From Octopus vulgaris (taxonomy: Eukaryota), in the NCBI GenBank assembly GCA_951406725.2, contig OX597831.1, positions 63,860,001 to 63,924,000 of the forward strand: DNA of 64,000 nt, given 5' to 3'. The notes under the pieces were generated by a model that was not told where the DNA came from, made no database searches, and worked only from the letters and a program-made list of their open reading frames with translations. How positions within the stretch are numbered: the stretch's first letter is position 1; each line of letters opens with the position of its first letter. This document shows positions 40,665 through 54,099 of the stretch, piece after piece. A program made the position numbers and the translations under genes.

Positions 40665-40690
40665 CATATATATATGTATACATACATATA

Positions 40691-40732
<42 letters not shown>

Positions 40733-40756
40733 CATATATATATGTATACATATATA

Positions 40757-40794
<38 letters not shown>

Positions 40795-40799
<5 letters not shown>

Positions 40800-41095
40800 T
40801 GTTCCTTCTCGAGCCACGCCTGGCTCATAGGGCCGGTTTCCCGGTTTCCTTGGCGTATAGGTTCCCCACCTGGATGGGACGCCGGTCCATCGCAGGTGAG
40901 CTGCAAGATGCAGGAGGAAAGAGTGAGAGAAAGTTGTGGCGAAAGAATCAGCAGAAGTTTCGCCATTACCTTCTGCGGGAACCGCGTGGAGCTTAGGTGC
41001 TTCGCTCATAAACACACACATCGCTCGGTCTGAGATTCGAACCCAGGATCCCTCGACAGTGAGTCCACTGCTCTAACCACTTGGCCATGAGCCTC

Positions 41096-41098
<3 letters not shown>
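40795..41098 (-). mobile_element. SINE family D
   Basis: Family homology. Confidence 0.9.
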
Positions 41099-41126
<28 letters not shown>

Positions 41127-41329
41127 ACATGAAATAGACAAATAAGAGTGTGTGAAAATAAACGACTAATGAATTGCGAAGGAATCGCTAATAGCGACCA
41201 TATGTGTATTCAATTATAAATCTTTGAAAGTTGCAGATAAAACGAAAAACAAAGAGGATAAAGAAAATTGAGTGTGTTTCGAATACTTACAGTTTTAGCT
41301 CCTTCAATTTAGATATTAGCAGCTGCGAA

Positions 41330-41790
41330 ATAACGAAGGAGATATTTCGAAGAAAGTCTGCAATAACGAATCATTTCTGAACACTTTATTTAACTTACTG
41401 TCATTTTGAAATAAATTCAATAGTTTCTCATTAAAGCAAAACTTGCCGCAGAAACTTGAACAGAGTCTATTATGCTTATAAAGTACAACGTGACGGAGAA
41501 GCGACCACTGGGTATTAAAGCAAGAGATATTGTTCCTTTCAAAACTCATATATTGTTTGAAGAGACTTGTGTTATATCTTCTTTCAGGTTTCTTACATGT
41601 GTGAATAAGTTGAAAGGACGTGATAGTTTCCGTAGAAATCTGCGCTACAAGATTTGTATCAATGAGAAATTATTGTCTTGTTTCAAAATGACCGTGGGTT
41701 ATATGAACAACTGCTGGTTTATTACTGAACTTCTTAGAAATATCTACTCCATAATTTGGTGCGTCCAAACGATTAAGTTTCAGTAGTAAA
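41330..41790 (+). mobile_element. Possible decayed hAT (Charlie/Buster-like) transposase C-terminus
   Basis: GIKARDIVPFKTHILFEE...FRFLTCVNKLKGRD...NLRYKI loosely resembles KAxxxLxPFxTTYLCExGFSxLxxxKxKxR. Confidence 0.3.
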
Positions 41791-41960
41791 AATTGCACCA
41801 ACTAATAATCATATGAAAAGATTTTCTTTCTCTCGTTCCCAATATTGAAAGATAAACAACACACAATGGTTATAAGAAATTTCCCTTGCACTGTGACTGT
41901 GGTTTCCCATACAAAATCATTAGTTTACTCACCTATTCTTCACACACAGACACACACATA

Positions 41961-42070
<110 letters not shown>

Positions 42071-42098
42071 ATTGTTATTATTATTATCATTATCATTG

Positions 42099-42495
42099 GG
42101 GCGGCGAGCTGGCAGAAACGTTAGCGCGCCGGGCGAAGTGCGTAGCCGTATTTCGTCTGCCGCTACGTTCTGAGTTCAAATTCCGCCGAGGTCGACTTTG
42201 CCACTCATCCTTTCGGGGTCGATTAAATAAGTACCAGCTACGCACTGGGGTCGATATAATCGACTTAATCCGTTTGTCTGTCCTTGTTTGTCCCCTCTGT
42301 GTTTAGCCCCTTGTGGGTAGTAAAGAAATAGGTATTTCGCCTGTCGCTGCCCTCTGAGTTCACTTCCGTCGAGGTCGACTTCGTCTTTCATCCTTTCGGG
42401 GACGATACATTAAGTAACAGTGAATCACTGGGTTCTATGTAATCGACTAGTCCCCTCCTCCAAAATTTAAGGCCTTGTGCCTCCAGTAGAAAGGA
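42099..42495 (+). mobile_element. SINE A followed by an older-type body and tail
   Basis: Family homology; junction aaagaaata|ggtatttcg. Confidence 0.85.
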
Positions 42496-44596
42496 TTATT
42501 CGTACACAACAAATTAGACTGCTGGAGAAGAAAAAGTTCTAGCATCCGGCTACATCAATCAACCTCAGATGACAAGGCCACCCCCTAAGTATCCTAGCTG
42601 TCTCTAATAACACTGTTTTCTGGAGCTGTACTAAACTGTTTTATGCCTAATTCTTCTATCCATCTGTTCAAATCTTTAGGGATAGTTCCCAATGCATCTA
42701 TAACTACTGGGATACATTTTACCTCCACTTTCCACAGTGTCTGTAATTCAATGCCTAGGTCCTGGTACTTTGCTATTTTTTCTATACCTCGCATATTACT
42801 TTTTTCATCATTTGGGACTGTAAATTCAATTAAGTGGCACTTTCTATGCTCTTTATCTATTACTACTAAATCAGGCCTTCTTATTTCTATTACTATGTCA
42901 GTTTGAATGTTAAAGTCCCACAACATCTTGTATTTCTTACTTTAATACTTTACTAGATTCATGCTCATACTAATTATGAGTATGTGCAAATCTTAGCTTT
43001 CTACATAACTCGCAGTGGATAACTCCTCTTAGGTTGTCATGTATTTTCTGCAAGCTACATTCACTTACTGTATGAGTAACGCATTTCTTTTTTGATTTGC
43101 ATAACTTACATTGGGAATCTACTTGGATTTTATCTATCTTGGCTTTTATCCAATTAGTCCTTAATGTTTGCTCTTGTGCTGCAACTAACAAATACTCTGT
43201 CTCCTGTTTCAGCTTTTCTTTCTGCAACCACAACCATGTTTCACTACAACTATTTACTCCAACTATCTTTGGGAATCTACCATGCAACGCTTTCTCCTGT
43301 CAGTCAGATAATTTCTGTTCATTTTCTGGTTTTTAATTTCGTTTGGGTTTTTGGTTTCCCTATGTCTTGCTGTGACTCTAGCAGCTTTTAATAAACTTTC
43401 TTCAATATTCCCTACGTAGAAGTCAATATATACTCTAGCTAACTCCACACTGTCTTCTACTGATATTAATCCTCTTCTTCCCTCCTTTCTAGGTAAGTAT
43501 AATCTTGCTACTCCTGCCTTTGGGTGGAGTCTTCCATTCGTATTGACTTCCTTCCCAGTTCTTCTGTCTAGCTTTGCTAGTTCAGTTTTTGTCCAATCTA
43601 CAAAATCTACTGAGTATCTAAGTAATGATACTGCCCAAGTATTTATAGCCATCAGTAAATTTGGGGCCATTTAACTTTGGCTTCATTAGCTTCCTCACTT
43701 ACGGTCTGTATTAAGGAATCTATCCCTTTTCATTCTTACCAAAAAGGTTCAGATTATCCATGTAGAGCAAATGGTTAATTTTCCCATTACAATTTCTGAA
43801 CTGACACCCTGCTTTTGCCTTCTTTAATACTAAACTGAGAGGGATCAAACATAAGACAAATATTAAAGGGGACAACGAACCCCACTGGAAAATTCCTCTT
43901 TTGATATTAACATTCCCTAAGACTGTGTCACCTGAGTAGAGATCTGCTTTCCATTTCTTCATGCTGTAGCTAAATAATTCTCTTATATTGTCTGCTATAC
44001 TGAATATACTCAAACATAGGCGGCGAGCTGGGAGAAACGTTAGCACGCCGGGCGAAATGCGCGGCCGTATTTCGTCAGCCGTTACGTTCTGAGTTCAAAT
44101 TCCGCCGAGGTCGACTTTGCCTTTCATCCTTTCGGGGTCGACAAATTTTAAGTACCAGTTACTCTCTGGAATCGATGTAATCGACTTAATCCGTTGGTCT
44201 GTCCTTGTTTGTCCCTTCTGTGTTTAGTCCCTTGTGGGTAGTAAAGAAATATGTACTCAAACATTCACTTATCCATGAATGTGGGATCATGTCATAGGCT
44301 TTGTTATAATCTATCCAAGCTATTGTTAGATTTTCTTTTCTAGCTTTTATTTCATTCAGAACTGCTTTGTATATGTATAAGAGATCATGCGTTCCTCTAA
44401 CCTTCTTGCAACATTTCTGTTCTTCTGGCAGTAAATTCTGGTAGTCAAGTTGCTCGTAAATGCTTTCTGAAAGCATTCCTGCTATCAGCCTCCACACTAA
44501 TGGTAAGCGAATGATTGGCCTTTACTTGCTAGCTGTATTACCCTTGTTCTTATCTTTCATAGTGAGTATTATCCTCCCTGTAGTCGTCGAATCTGG

Positions 44597-44598
<2 letters not shown>
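42496..44598 (-). mobile_element. R4/Dong-like non-LTR retrotransposon, 5' truncated and frameshifted
   Basis: RT (IAWIDYNKAYDMIPH; KRGIFQWGSLSPLIF; HLLYMDNL), CCHC knuckle (CKLCKSKKKCVTHTVSEC), RLE nuclease (LWDFNIQTD...RRPDLVVIDKE...LIEFTVP...KIAKYQDL). Confidence 0.85.
44018..44250 (+). mobile_element. SINE A inserted in the R4-like element
   Basis: TSD at(a/g)tactcaaacat. Confidence 0.9.
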
Positions 44599-44663
<65 letters not shown>

Positions 44664-45190
44664 GAGTGAGAGAGCAGTGCATGCCATCAAAGTGACACTG
44701 GGGTACAAATATACGAAGCCCAGTATACCCATCATGACTACCCGTCTGATAAGGGTACACCAGGCACGTGCATCACAACCATATGTGCGCGACATGGTGA
44801 TCTCATAACAAGATAAACAGCGCATGACCTTGCGGGTGGGGCCCAGTTAGAATTTTCTTCTGGTTGGGTAAACCATCCCACTCAAAAGGTCCCTGATTAA
44901 GGGTTGTTTAAGGATGTTGAATGAAACACCCATGTTTCCAGAGGTGAATCATTCAAACCCCAAAGAATCCCTCTCAACACATGGCTATGATGCTCCCCCA
45001 CTACTTCTGCTCGTGATCAGAGATGCACATATCGTCAGCTACTAAGGGACATGCTCAACTGGTTAAAGTCAAACAACTGACAAGCAAATCTGTGGTATTG
45101 AGCAGAATATTTGCTGTAGCCCATCTTTTATACCAAGACAAAACAATGTACATGATAACACTTCCAATCAATTAAGATCAGAAGCCATTA
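44599..45190 (-). mobile_element. Probable 3' UTR fragment of a retroelement ending in (AAT)n
   Basis: GC-richer non-coding block whose minus-strand end runs ...ctctctcactc(aat)n; family not determinable from sequence alone. Confidence 0.45.
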
Positions 45191-45302
45191 TTTACTCTTA
45201 ATCTGCATGTTTATTACAATCACTTTCCGAGACACACCCAGCATCCTAGGGCGAGTAAAGGATAAGAGATGCTACAGTATGACTGAAAGCTTGAGGAGGG
45301 GA

Positions 45303-45388
<86 letters not shown>

Positions 45389-46130
45389 AGTCGACGTTGA
45401 TTGACGGTATTTGTTCAGTAATCATTTCAGGCTCGCGCGTGAGCTACAACGCCTACTCTTGCTCTGCAGCAGCGATTCCATCTGCTGCAGCTGAAACTAC
45501 AAGACAACCGGAGTAGTGACGCCTCTCATGAGCTCATCCGTATTCTCCCTGTTGTTTCTCTTCACACCATAGTCTTCATTCACAAGTAGGACTCAGTAGT
45601 ATTTACCATGATTTCGTAAATTATTTCAGATGCCTGTTTAGTCGCGAACCGAGTAGACATAGACATTCTCTCGAACTTTCCCATCTTTGCATCAGTGGAA
45701 AATCCATCCAAGATGTGGGTTCTGAAGAGAGAGAGAGGAAGAGAGAGGGATAGAGAGAGTGAGTGAGAGAGGCTTGTACCAGTAATTGGTTGCTACTCAT
45801 TCTCCTGTCGACTGGACTGGATCAACGTGAAACAAACTACTTTGCTCTGAGACAAAATGCAGGAATCAAACGCAAGGTTGTAATAATCGTGAGCCCCAAA
45901 CCCCGTAAATACTCGGCCATGCTGGGGCACTGCATCAAAGGGTTTAGTCAAGCAAATCGGCTCCACTTCTTATTTTAAGCGTATTCTAGAGATTTATTTC
46001 CGTCGGACCGCTATATTACTGAGACGTAAGCAAACAGACACCATCTGTCAAGCGGTGGGCGGGTCAGACAGAAAAGCTCCCATACATACATACATACATA
46101 CATACATACATACATACATACATACATACA

Positions 46131-46180
<50 letters not shown>

Positions 46181-46200
46181 GCTGAACAAACTCGTCGTAT

Positions 46201-46256
<56 letters not shown>

Positions 46257-46645
46257 AGGCGCAGGCGTGACTGTGTGGTAAGAAGCTTGCTTCCAATCCA
46301 CATGGTTCCGGGTTCAGTCCCACTGTGTGGCACCTTGAGCAAGTGTCTTCTACTATAGCCTCGGGCCGACCAAAGTCTTGTGAGTGTGGTAGACGGAAAC
46401 CGAAAGAGGCTTGTGTTATATGTATATATATATTTGTGTGTCTGTGTCTGTGTTTGACCCCCCTCCCCCCGCCACCATCGATTGACAACCGATCTTGATG
46501 TGTTTACGCCCCCGTTTTGGCAAAAGAGACCGATAGAATAAGTACCAGGCTTACAAAGAATAAGTCCAAGGGTCGATTTCTTCGACTAAAAAAAGGCGGT
46601 GCTCCAACATGGCCACAGTCAAAATCACTGAAGCAAATAAAAAAT
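46257..46645 (+). mobile_element. SINE family C
   Basis: Family homology. Confidence 0.85.
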
Positions 46646-46744
46646 ATATACATGACGGGGGTTTTTTTCAATTTTCATCACCCAAATGCACTCACACAGT
46701 GGTCCATGGTTATAGTAGAAGACACTTGCTTGTGCATACCAAAT

Positions 46745-47527
46745 TTGGAAGTGTCAAAGTGCTGTCATCTGCCTGTTGGCTCTCCTCCTGCAACTCAACT
46801 TGATTTCGAGCCGGGTCGTCTGCTGCTGGAGAGGACCGATCAGGTAAAGGACCTGGGTATCTTGGTGGATTCCTCCTTTTCGCCTTCGGCCCAGTGCGTC
46901 CATGCTGCCAACAAAGCACGCGGAATTCTGTTCTTGATTCGACGGTCATTCGGAATGCTCACAGCAGCCATATTCCTACCACTCTATGTCACGCTGGTGA
47001 GACCCATATTGGAGTATGGGATTCAAGCCTCTTCTCCTTATCTCCTCAAAGACATACAGCATCTCGAAAGAGTCCAGAAGCTGGCTACCCGCATGGTTCA
47101 TGGTCTCAAAAATTTGTCCTACGAAGAAAAGCTGAGGACGCTTGACCTTTATTCTCTTGAAAAACGCCGCCGCCGTGGTGATCTCATTCTCGCCCACAAC
47201 ATCATAAGCGGAAAGTGTAACCTCTCGAAAGAGCTGTTCTTCACTCCTGCTCCAGAGCGTCGGCTGCGGGGTCATTCCGAAAAGCTCTACCTGCGACGAT
47301 TTCATCTCAATCGAAGGAGAGGAGCTTTCTCCGTCCAGGTTGCGGATCCGTGGAACAAGCTGCCAGACGAGATGGTGAAGATGCCGACGACCGCTTTGTT
47401 CAAAGCCTCCCTGGACCTCAAGTGGCCTGAACTCTTTACATGAACACCACCCTGTACTTAACTCCATGTCCCCCTACATGGCCTTGCTATTTGCTTTTGA
47501 GCCAAATTAACTAACTAACTAACTAAC
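46745..47527 (+). mobile_element. 5'-truncated CR1-clade LINE (ORF2 C-terminus, 3' UTR, (CTAA)n tail)
   Basis: KDLGILVD...LYVTLVRPILEYG...SPY...LERVQKLATRMV..L..LSYEE.L..L.LYSLEKRRRRGDLI; uninterrupted frame to stop at 47443; tandem ctaa tail. Confidence 0.9.
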
Positions 47528-47544
47528 ATATATTATGTAAACAT

Positions 47545-47612
<68 letters not shown>

Positions 47613-47671
47613 GTTTTTTTTATATATATATATATACATGTATATATATATATATATACATGTATATATAT

Positions 47672-47738
<67 letters not shown>

Positions 47739-47890
47739 ATAAATATAAGAGAATGGTCACTATGTGGCTCATTCTAGCACTAGCAAATCCAAAAGGTTTC
47801 AACCACAAAAATACATGTTTCACATGAAAGTCAGTACGATTGTTAGCTCACACGAACAGGGCAAATAAAAAATAACAAAAATACAGATTA

Positions 47891-47971
47891 TTTTGGGACA
47901 ATTGTTTCGCTATTAATGAATTAAATGTAATTTTACTTACAAAAAACCCACTTGTAGCTCCTCAGCCAAAA
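47891..47971 (-). ncRNA. Type I hammerhead ribozyme (mirror copy)
   Basis: Exact reverse complement of 48381-48461. Confidence 0.8.
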
Positions 47972-48380
47972 CTATCTGGATGAAATCCACTCAATCACAC
48001 GCCAGATTTTACCATAACGATAAATACACGTGTGGTTCAATTGATTACATCCGACGTTATAATTCAAATGCCCTTACCAACAGCGCGCCAAACTTTCACG
48101 GAAACAAATACTACATTTAGAAATAAATGTAGCATAATTATAATTAATTAATAAGGGAATAGATATACTATTAAATTAGTATCTAATTCTCTCACCCTTA
48201 TTAATTAATTATAATTATGCTACATTTATTTCTAAATGTAGTATTTGTTTCCGTGAAAGTTTGGCGCGCTGTTGGTAAGGGCATTTGAATTATAACGTCG
48301 GATGTAATCAATTGAACCACACGTGTATTTATCGTTATGGTAAAATCTGGCGTGTGATTGAGTGGATTTCATCCAGATAG

Positions 48381-48461
48381 TTTTGGCTGAGGAGCTACAA
48401 GTGGGTTTTTTGTAAGTAAAATTACATTTAATTCATTAATAGCGAAACAATTGTCCCAAAA
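48381..48461 (+). ncRNA. Type I hammerhead ribozyme
   Basis: ttttgg-CTGAGGA-gcta[42 nt]tagc-GAAA-caattg-TC-ccaaaa; predicted cleavage after C48455. Confidence 0.8.
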
Positions 48462-48736
48462 TAATCTGTATTTTTGTTATTTTTTATTTGCCCTGTTCGT
48501 GTGAGCTAACAATCGTACTGACTTTCATGTGAAACGTATTTTTGTGGTTGAAACCTTTTGGATTTGCTAGTGCTAGAATGAGCCACATAGTGACCATTCT
48601 CTTATATTTATTTTTGTATAAATATTATAATATATTATAAAATATTATAATAATCCAGGTTTCTCGAGGCACTGGGCCACTTGGTGTGGAATAGATATAC
48701 TATTAAATTAGTATCTAATTCTCTCACCCTTATTAA

Positions 48737-48807
<71 letters not shown>

Positions 48808-49459
48808 TACTTATACGTATGTGCAGATACATATATACATATAAATATGTATAAAAAAGACCAATCTTAGCGACAGTAGTAGTATTAATAGCAAAATGTC
48901 ATATTTAAATCCCACATATTTTTTGATAAGCTATATGCGATACCATTACTCGATTGGGCACTGAAATTCTATGGATAAGTTTAGCAGAGATATCGCTTCT
49001 ATTTCTAGTGGTCGGGCGTCAACCACTGACATGGCCAAGGAAGGTCGAAATCATGTGATCTGCTAGTCTCAGCGGTGGCGATGGTGAGTGATTTATCTCC
49101 TGGTAGCAATGTAAACAACAGTGCTTGTATGCACCATGTGGTTGGGAAGCAAGCTTCTTACCAAATAGCCATGCCAGCACCTATAACGTTAATCTGAAAA
49201 AAAAAAAAGAACGAGATGGCCACAGCTGGAACGCTTATATTGCCGATGACCTTAAGTTGAACAACAACTGGCGCTTAAGTTACATCCAAAGTTTTAATGA
49301 TTCAAGAAGCATCTTCACTCTTTTCTAGACGAGACATTTTATATGTTGTAAATAGTGTTTCCAATATAGAATAACACGCTGCCTTCAAAAACATTCAATA
49401 TTTCTTTTTTATTTGCAGATGCCTTAGCTCTATGTCTAATGATATATGTACTGCTACTT

Positions 49460-49511
<52 letters not shown>

Positions 49512-49639
49512 ACATACATATAGATATATATATATATATATTATATATTACATAGATTCATATATTATGTATGTTTGCGTTTATTTCTTTATTTATATAT
49601 TTGCCTCTCTGTGTGTATGTATGCATATAACTACATGAA

Positions 49640-51130
49640 TGCACGTATAGTTATATGTGTTTATGTGTTTCAATAATCATTTCACTCTGTCTATCCCTTT
49701 CTCTCTACCCCTCCACCTCTCTAATTCTCTGTAAGGATATACTGCAACCCTCCTCATTCTTCTTCTCGTTTATTGAATTTCCCACCTCATGTTCTTCCAT
49801 CCATCTCCTCTGCACAAACACTCTCTCTCTCCATCTCTCTTTCTCCTTCCTCCCTCTCCGTATTTAACTAATCATCTCTGACTTTGTCACTCACTCCAAT
49901 AGATCTAATCACTATCTCTTATTTCATCCACTCTAAGCTCTCGCTCTTTCTTTCTCTCTGCCTCTCTCTCTCTCTCTCTCTCTCTCCTACTCTCTCTCTA
50001 TCCATGTAATCAGTTACTACTTCACATTCTCATCTCACATTTTCAGTAAACAATTGCCATACTTTTCTAGTTCCATTACCCTTCAGTAATCAGCAACTAA
50101 CTCTCACTCTTCTCTTTCACACACACACACACACTCTCTCTCTTTCTCTCTTTCTTTCTTTTTCTCTCTCTCTCTCTCTCTTTCCCACTCTCTCAGTCTC
50201 TTATTTGAGAGACAGTTATTTACCTATTTCTCGACCAATATACTCCACTAATGTCTGTGCCATTTCCCACACAGACCATCAACCTTCACCATAAGAACTT
50301 TAAATAACACATGACCAATGTAAAATGTCATTACAACTATTAGCTGAAATTTGTTTATTTGTATTATTTTTTCCTTTTTGTTTTATAGTTTTCGTTTTAT
50401 TGGGGAAGTGTTGTTGTCTCTACTGCACTACTCACCCTCATCTTTACAATCCACCTTTTTTCATCTCTGCTGCCCAACCATATCGTCTGTATTGCACAAT
50501 TACTTCACTACTGCCCAGTTTTCTTATCTCTAATGCTTACTCTCTTCTCTATTGCCCAATTTCTTATCTCTACCGACCACGTTCTCTGCTTTACTGTCCA
50601 CATTTTTTTTCATATCTATTATGCAGTCACTCATCTCTGCTGCTCCCTTTTACATCTCGATTGCACAATTTCTAACGTCAATGGCTTACACTTCCGTCTT
50701 TACTACCCACTTTTTCCCCCTTCTCTTTTGACCAATACCTCATCTTTAGTGCACACACTTCCTCTCTCAACTAACCACTTTCTCTTTTCTACTGCCAAAT
50801 CCCTCGTCTGTTTTACCTCATCTCTCATCTCTATTGAACATTCTTCTTGCACAAACTGCCAAACCTCATTTCTACCGCTAGCTTCTTTATCTCTGTTGAC
50901 CACTTTTTTTTCTTTTCTCTATTCCCCAATCTCGAATTTATACTACCGGCCCTTTTCATCACAACCGCCCACTCATCTCGCATCCACTACTCATCTACCT
51001 TTTCTTTTTCTATAAAGCCCACACTCTCATCGTTACCGCTCACCTTTTCCATCTTAAATCCCTACACTACAAGTGGTATCTAACTTGTCTTCTTTATCTT
51101 CACTATTTTATCTTTTCTACACACATCTCA
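49640..51130. repeat. Pyrimidine-biased low-complexity region with (CT)n/(CA)n
   Basis: Strong C/T skew on the plus strand. Confidence 0.6.
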
Positions 51131-51683
51131 TCCATGCTGCCTGTAGGAAATATGGATTTTATGTTCAAAGATAGATTTCATCTTTTACTATCTACAGTAA
51201 GGAAGATCCCTTACTGCTGTATGCATATGGCTCTAGCAAAAATATGTATATGTAGACTGCTGAGATCATTATGAGTACAATATGCTCGAGTAGCGAGTTA
51301 GCAGGATCGTTAACACGTCGAACAAAATACTTTGGGGCCACATCTTATTCCACCGAGGTCGACTTATTTTGCATCCTTTTGGGCTCAATAAAATAAATAC
51401 CGGTCGAGGAATGGGATCGATGAAATCGACAAACATCCTCTCTTCAAAAGTTCAGGGCTTGTGTCTATAGTAGAAAGAATTGTGTGTACAATATGCTCTT
51501 CTCCTGGTAAGGAACATGTTCGTCGTTGCATGTCTATGGGAATGTAATTTACTGACTATTGGGTTATATATTTAAACTAGAATACTTAGCAGTTACGCAT
51601 ACGTTTAAAGCTTGTCCCATAAGGACTAGAAAGCAGATCAACTTTCACGTTAACTTAAAAATACATAATGTCTATATATAAAT

Positions 51684-51995
51684 GTATGGAGGCGTAATGG
51701 CCCAGTGGTTAGGGCAGCGGACTCGCGGTCGGAGGATCGCGATTTCGAGTACCATACCGGGTGTTGTGAGTGTTTATGGAGTGAAAACACTTAAAGCTCC
51801 ACGAGGCTCCGGCAGGGAATGGTGGCGAACCCTGCAGTACTTTTTTGCCACAACTTTCTCTCACTCTTTCTTCTGTTGGCCTGCTCACTTAGCCAGTGGG
51901 GTGGCATCATTTGAAGGCTAAAACAATGCGAAGCGCATTGTGACCAGGGATGTGTAGCAACATCTGATAGCCCGGTCGGTTACAGTGATCACGGT
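51684..51995 (+). mobile_element. SINE related to family D with a different 3' half
   Basis: Shares head and aagctccacg.ggctccggcag...gccacaactttctctcactctttc, then diverges. Confidence 0.75.
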
Positions 51996-52399
51996 GATAT
52001 ATAAATGTATTTATGTGCATACACACTATTGTAAGAGGGGTGCTATGTCTGTCAAAATGAACTTTTACTTTCTCAATTATAGTTAGACTGTTCCACTTCT
52101 ATGAAGCTGTACAGAAATGTACAAACAGTAGGTAGCTTTTTAACTCAAACTAAATTATCTATTCCAATATCCATGAATGATAATGGGGGAGGAGTGTCTA
52201 TGAGTTTTAATTGTTCAGATTGTAGTTTTTTGTTATGGAATTCTGTAATTTCCACGATTAATCTTTTATTCGTTTTCAGATTTCAGCACATAACATCCCT
52301 GGCATTTTATGATGTCAATGGATGACTCGTGCTTTAGGATCGTAATTTGCTAGTGTTGGTTTGGTGACGACAATTCTCATGATGATTCCATAATAGACG

Positions 52400-53600
52400 C
52401 CGAGTTTACCTCCAGAGTCCCAGAATCACTGCACTGTCTCGAATGCTTTGGAACTATTGTCAGGCCACTTCTTTTTGTGTGGCAATTTGAATTTCAGTGC
52501 CGTTGTCTTTTGAGAGTGACAGGAGATCAATTGCATTGATGACATAACTCACAAAAGACCAAAGTGACAGACAGTCAAGACAAAATAGCCTGGATGAGCT
52601 AATTACTTGGTCGTGAATACGGTTTACAGTAAATGTGTCACGCAGTCTGACGTTTGTTAAGAATCAACAGAAGCAAGTGAAGGTCAAAATAGCAGGAGAA
52701 ACCATGCCAATTGTTAAAAACAAACCTGTGAAAAGTTTAGGACGATGGTAAGCTAACTCGCTGTCCGATAAGAGTAGAAACATTGAGATCAAAGTACAAG
52801 CCGCGGATGGATTAGAAGCAATAGATAAGTCAAAACGACCGGGAAAATACAAGATTTGATGTTTGCAGTTTGGTTTTATCCCTGTCTTGCTTGGCCTCTG
52901 CTCATATACTAAGTAGCATTGTCGAGAGTGGACATCATGAAGCAAAAATGCAGTATCTATATCAGGATGTGGCTTGATCTACCTCGCAGGATTAACAGTT
53001 GAACACTATATCTGAAGTGAGGGTTTCTTCAACTACCTGTAACATCACTCGTTGGTATCTACAAAAGTGCGAACAGTTATGATGTTGAAGATGTTCGATG
53101 ACGTAGAAAGCCGAAATAATCAGCCAGATGGCAAAACTACAAGAAAATGGTGTGAAAGCGAGAGAAGCAGAGAAAACTGAACTACATTTGATTCTATGCT
53201 TTCAGAAAGATCAGATGACCAAACAGGAAGAAGAGTTTATTGGAAGGAAAGTGGGATGAAATGAGATGTGAAGCGGGAGCACATCACGACTGAGTTTCTG
53301 TCTTCGAGCTACCTGTGATTTACTGCCAATCACCTTCAAGCAAATGCTTTCTCGAAAGCAATCCATGACAACTGAAAGATCCGACCATCAGATATGGACA
53401 AAAAGGGATAATAAAACTTGGCTGGAGAGGTAATAAGGATTTGAGGCAAGTACTTGTTTGCCTGTATGGCAAATCAGACATACATGACTCCACAATTTGA
53501 ATGTGGGGACAATCCCGAAATGAACTTAAGATCGAATAAGTCAGCCGATCCAGTAGGAGGAACCTCACATAAGTGAGGTGGGAAGGATGCAGTGCGCTAA
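52400..53600 (+). mobile_element. Decayed HERO-like RLE non-LTR retrotransposon
   Basis: KPVKSLGRW*...GLEAIDKSKRPGKYKI*CLQFG...YIRMWLDLPR...LQLP, as in the post-RT region of HERO/R2-group elements; boundaries approximate. Confidence 0.6.
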
Positions 53601-54099
53601 GGCCGTCGAGAGGAAGGCCCCGAAACGGTACGTTTTCTCTACGAATGACCCCTGAAATCTACTGATGTCCAGTATGCGGAGCTTTTGACATACTGCACTC
53701 GTACCTTTACTCTATATGGCTTAATTCTGGTTTGCTTTCAAACAGTTTGATCTTGGAAAGAGTATCTCGTATATATAAACATTTTCCCTTTTTCTGTATA
53801 CCGCAGCGAGAGCATATCATTATAACGCTAGAAAATTGCACTACAGAGCTGCGATGAGTAATTTGAGGAAGATAGATTCTAGAGCCTTATCATCATTAAA
53901 CACTTGTACTTATTTGCCAAACATGTAGTAGTGAAACATCTTACATACGTGTACAATGAATAACATTTATTTCCCTTGCAGCGAGTTTCCGCATCACAGG
54001 ATTGCATCAAGAAACAGCTTGCATCATTCTTGTATCAAGCAGCAGCCTGCATCCTTTTTGCAGTTGTAAATCTTTGTTTATTTCGCTAATTTTGCATTT

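Larger units (their letters stand above)
47736..48745. mobile_element. Non-coding Penelope-type element: inverted copy + unit + directly repeated tail, in (TA)n
   Basis: Inverted arms 47736-48157 / 48195-48614 (one 2-bp indel seen); 48156-48213 directly repeated at 48688-48745; hammerhead in each arm. Confidence 0.8.

Noticed and set aside
45435-45505. Hairpin ctgcagcag/ctgctgcag followed by gaaac
   Set aside because: No catalytic-core sequence and single occurrence; may be chance
46517-47443. 308-aa ORF as a host gene
   Set aside because: Chance fusion: the N-terminal part comes from SINE C sequences and the rest is a CR1 ORF2 C-terminus
49400-49460. Splice-acceptor-like tttatttgcag as a host exon
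   Set aside because: No convincing donor or coding signal; cannot be supported without RNA data
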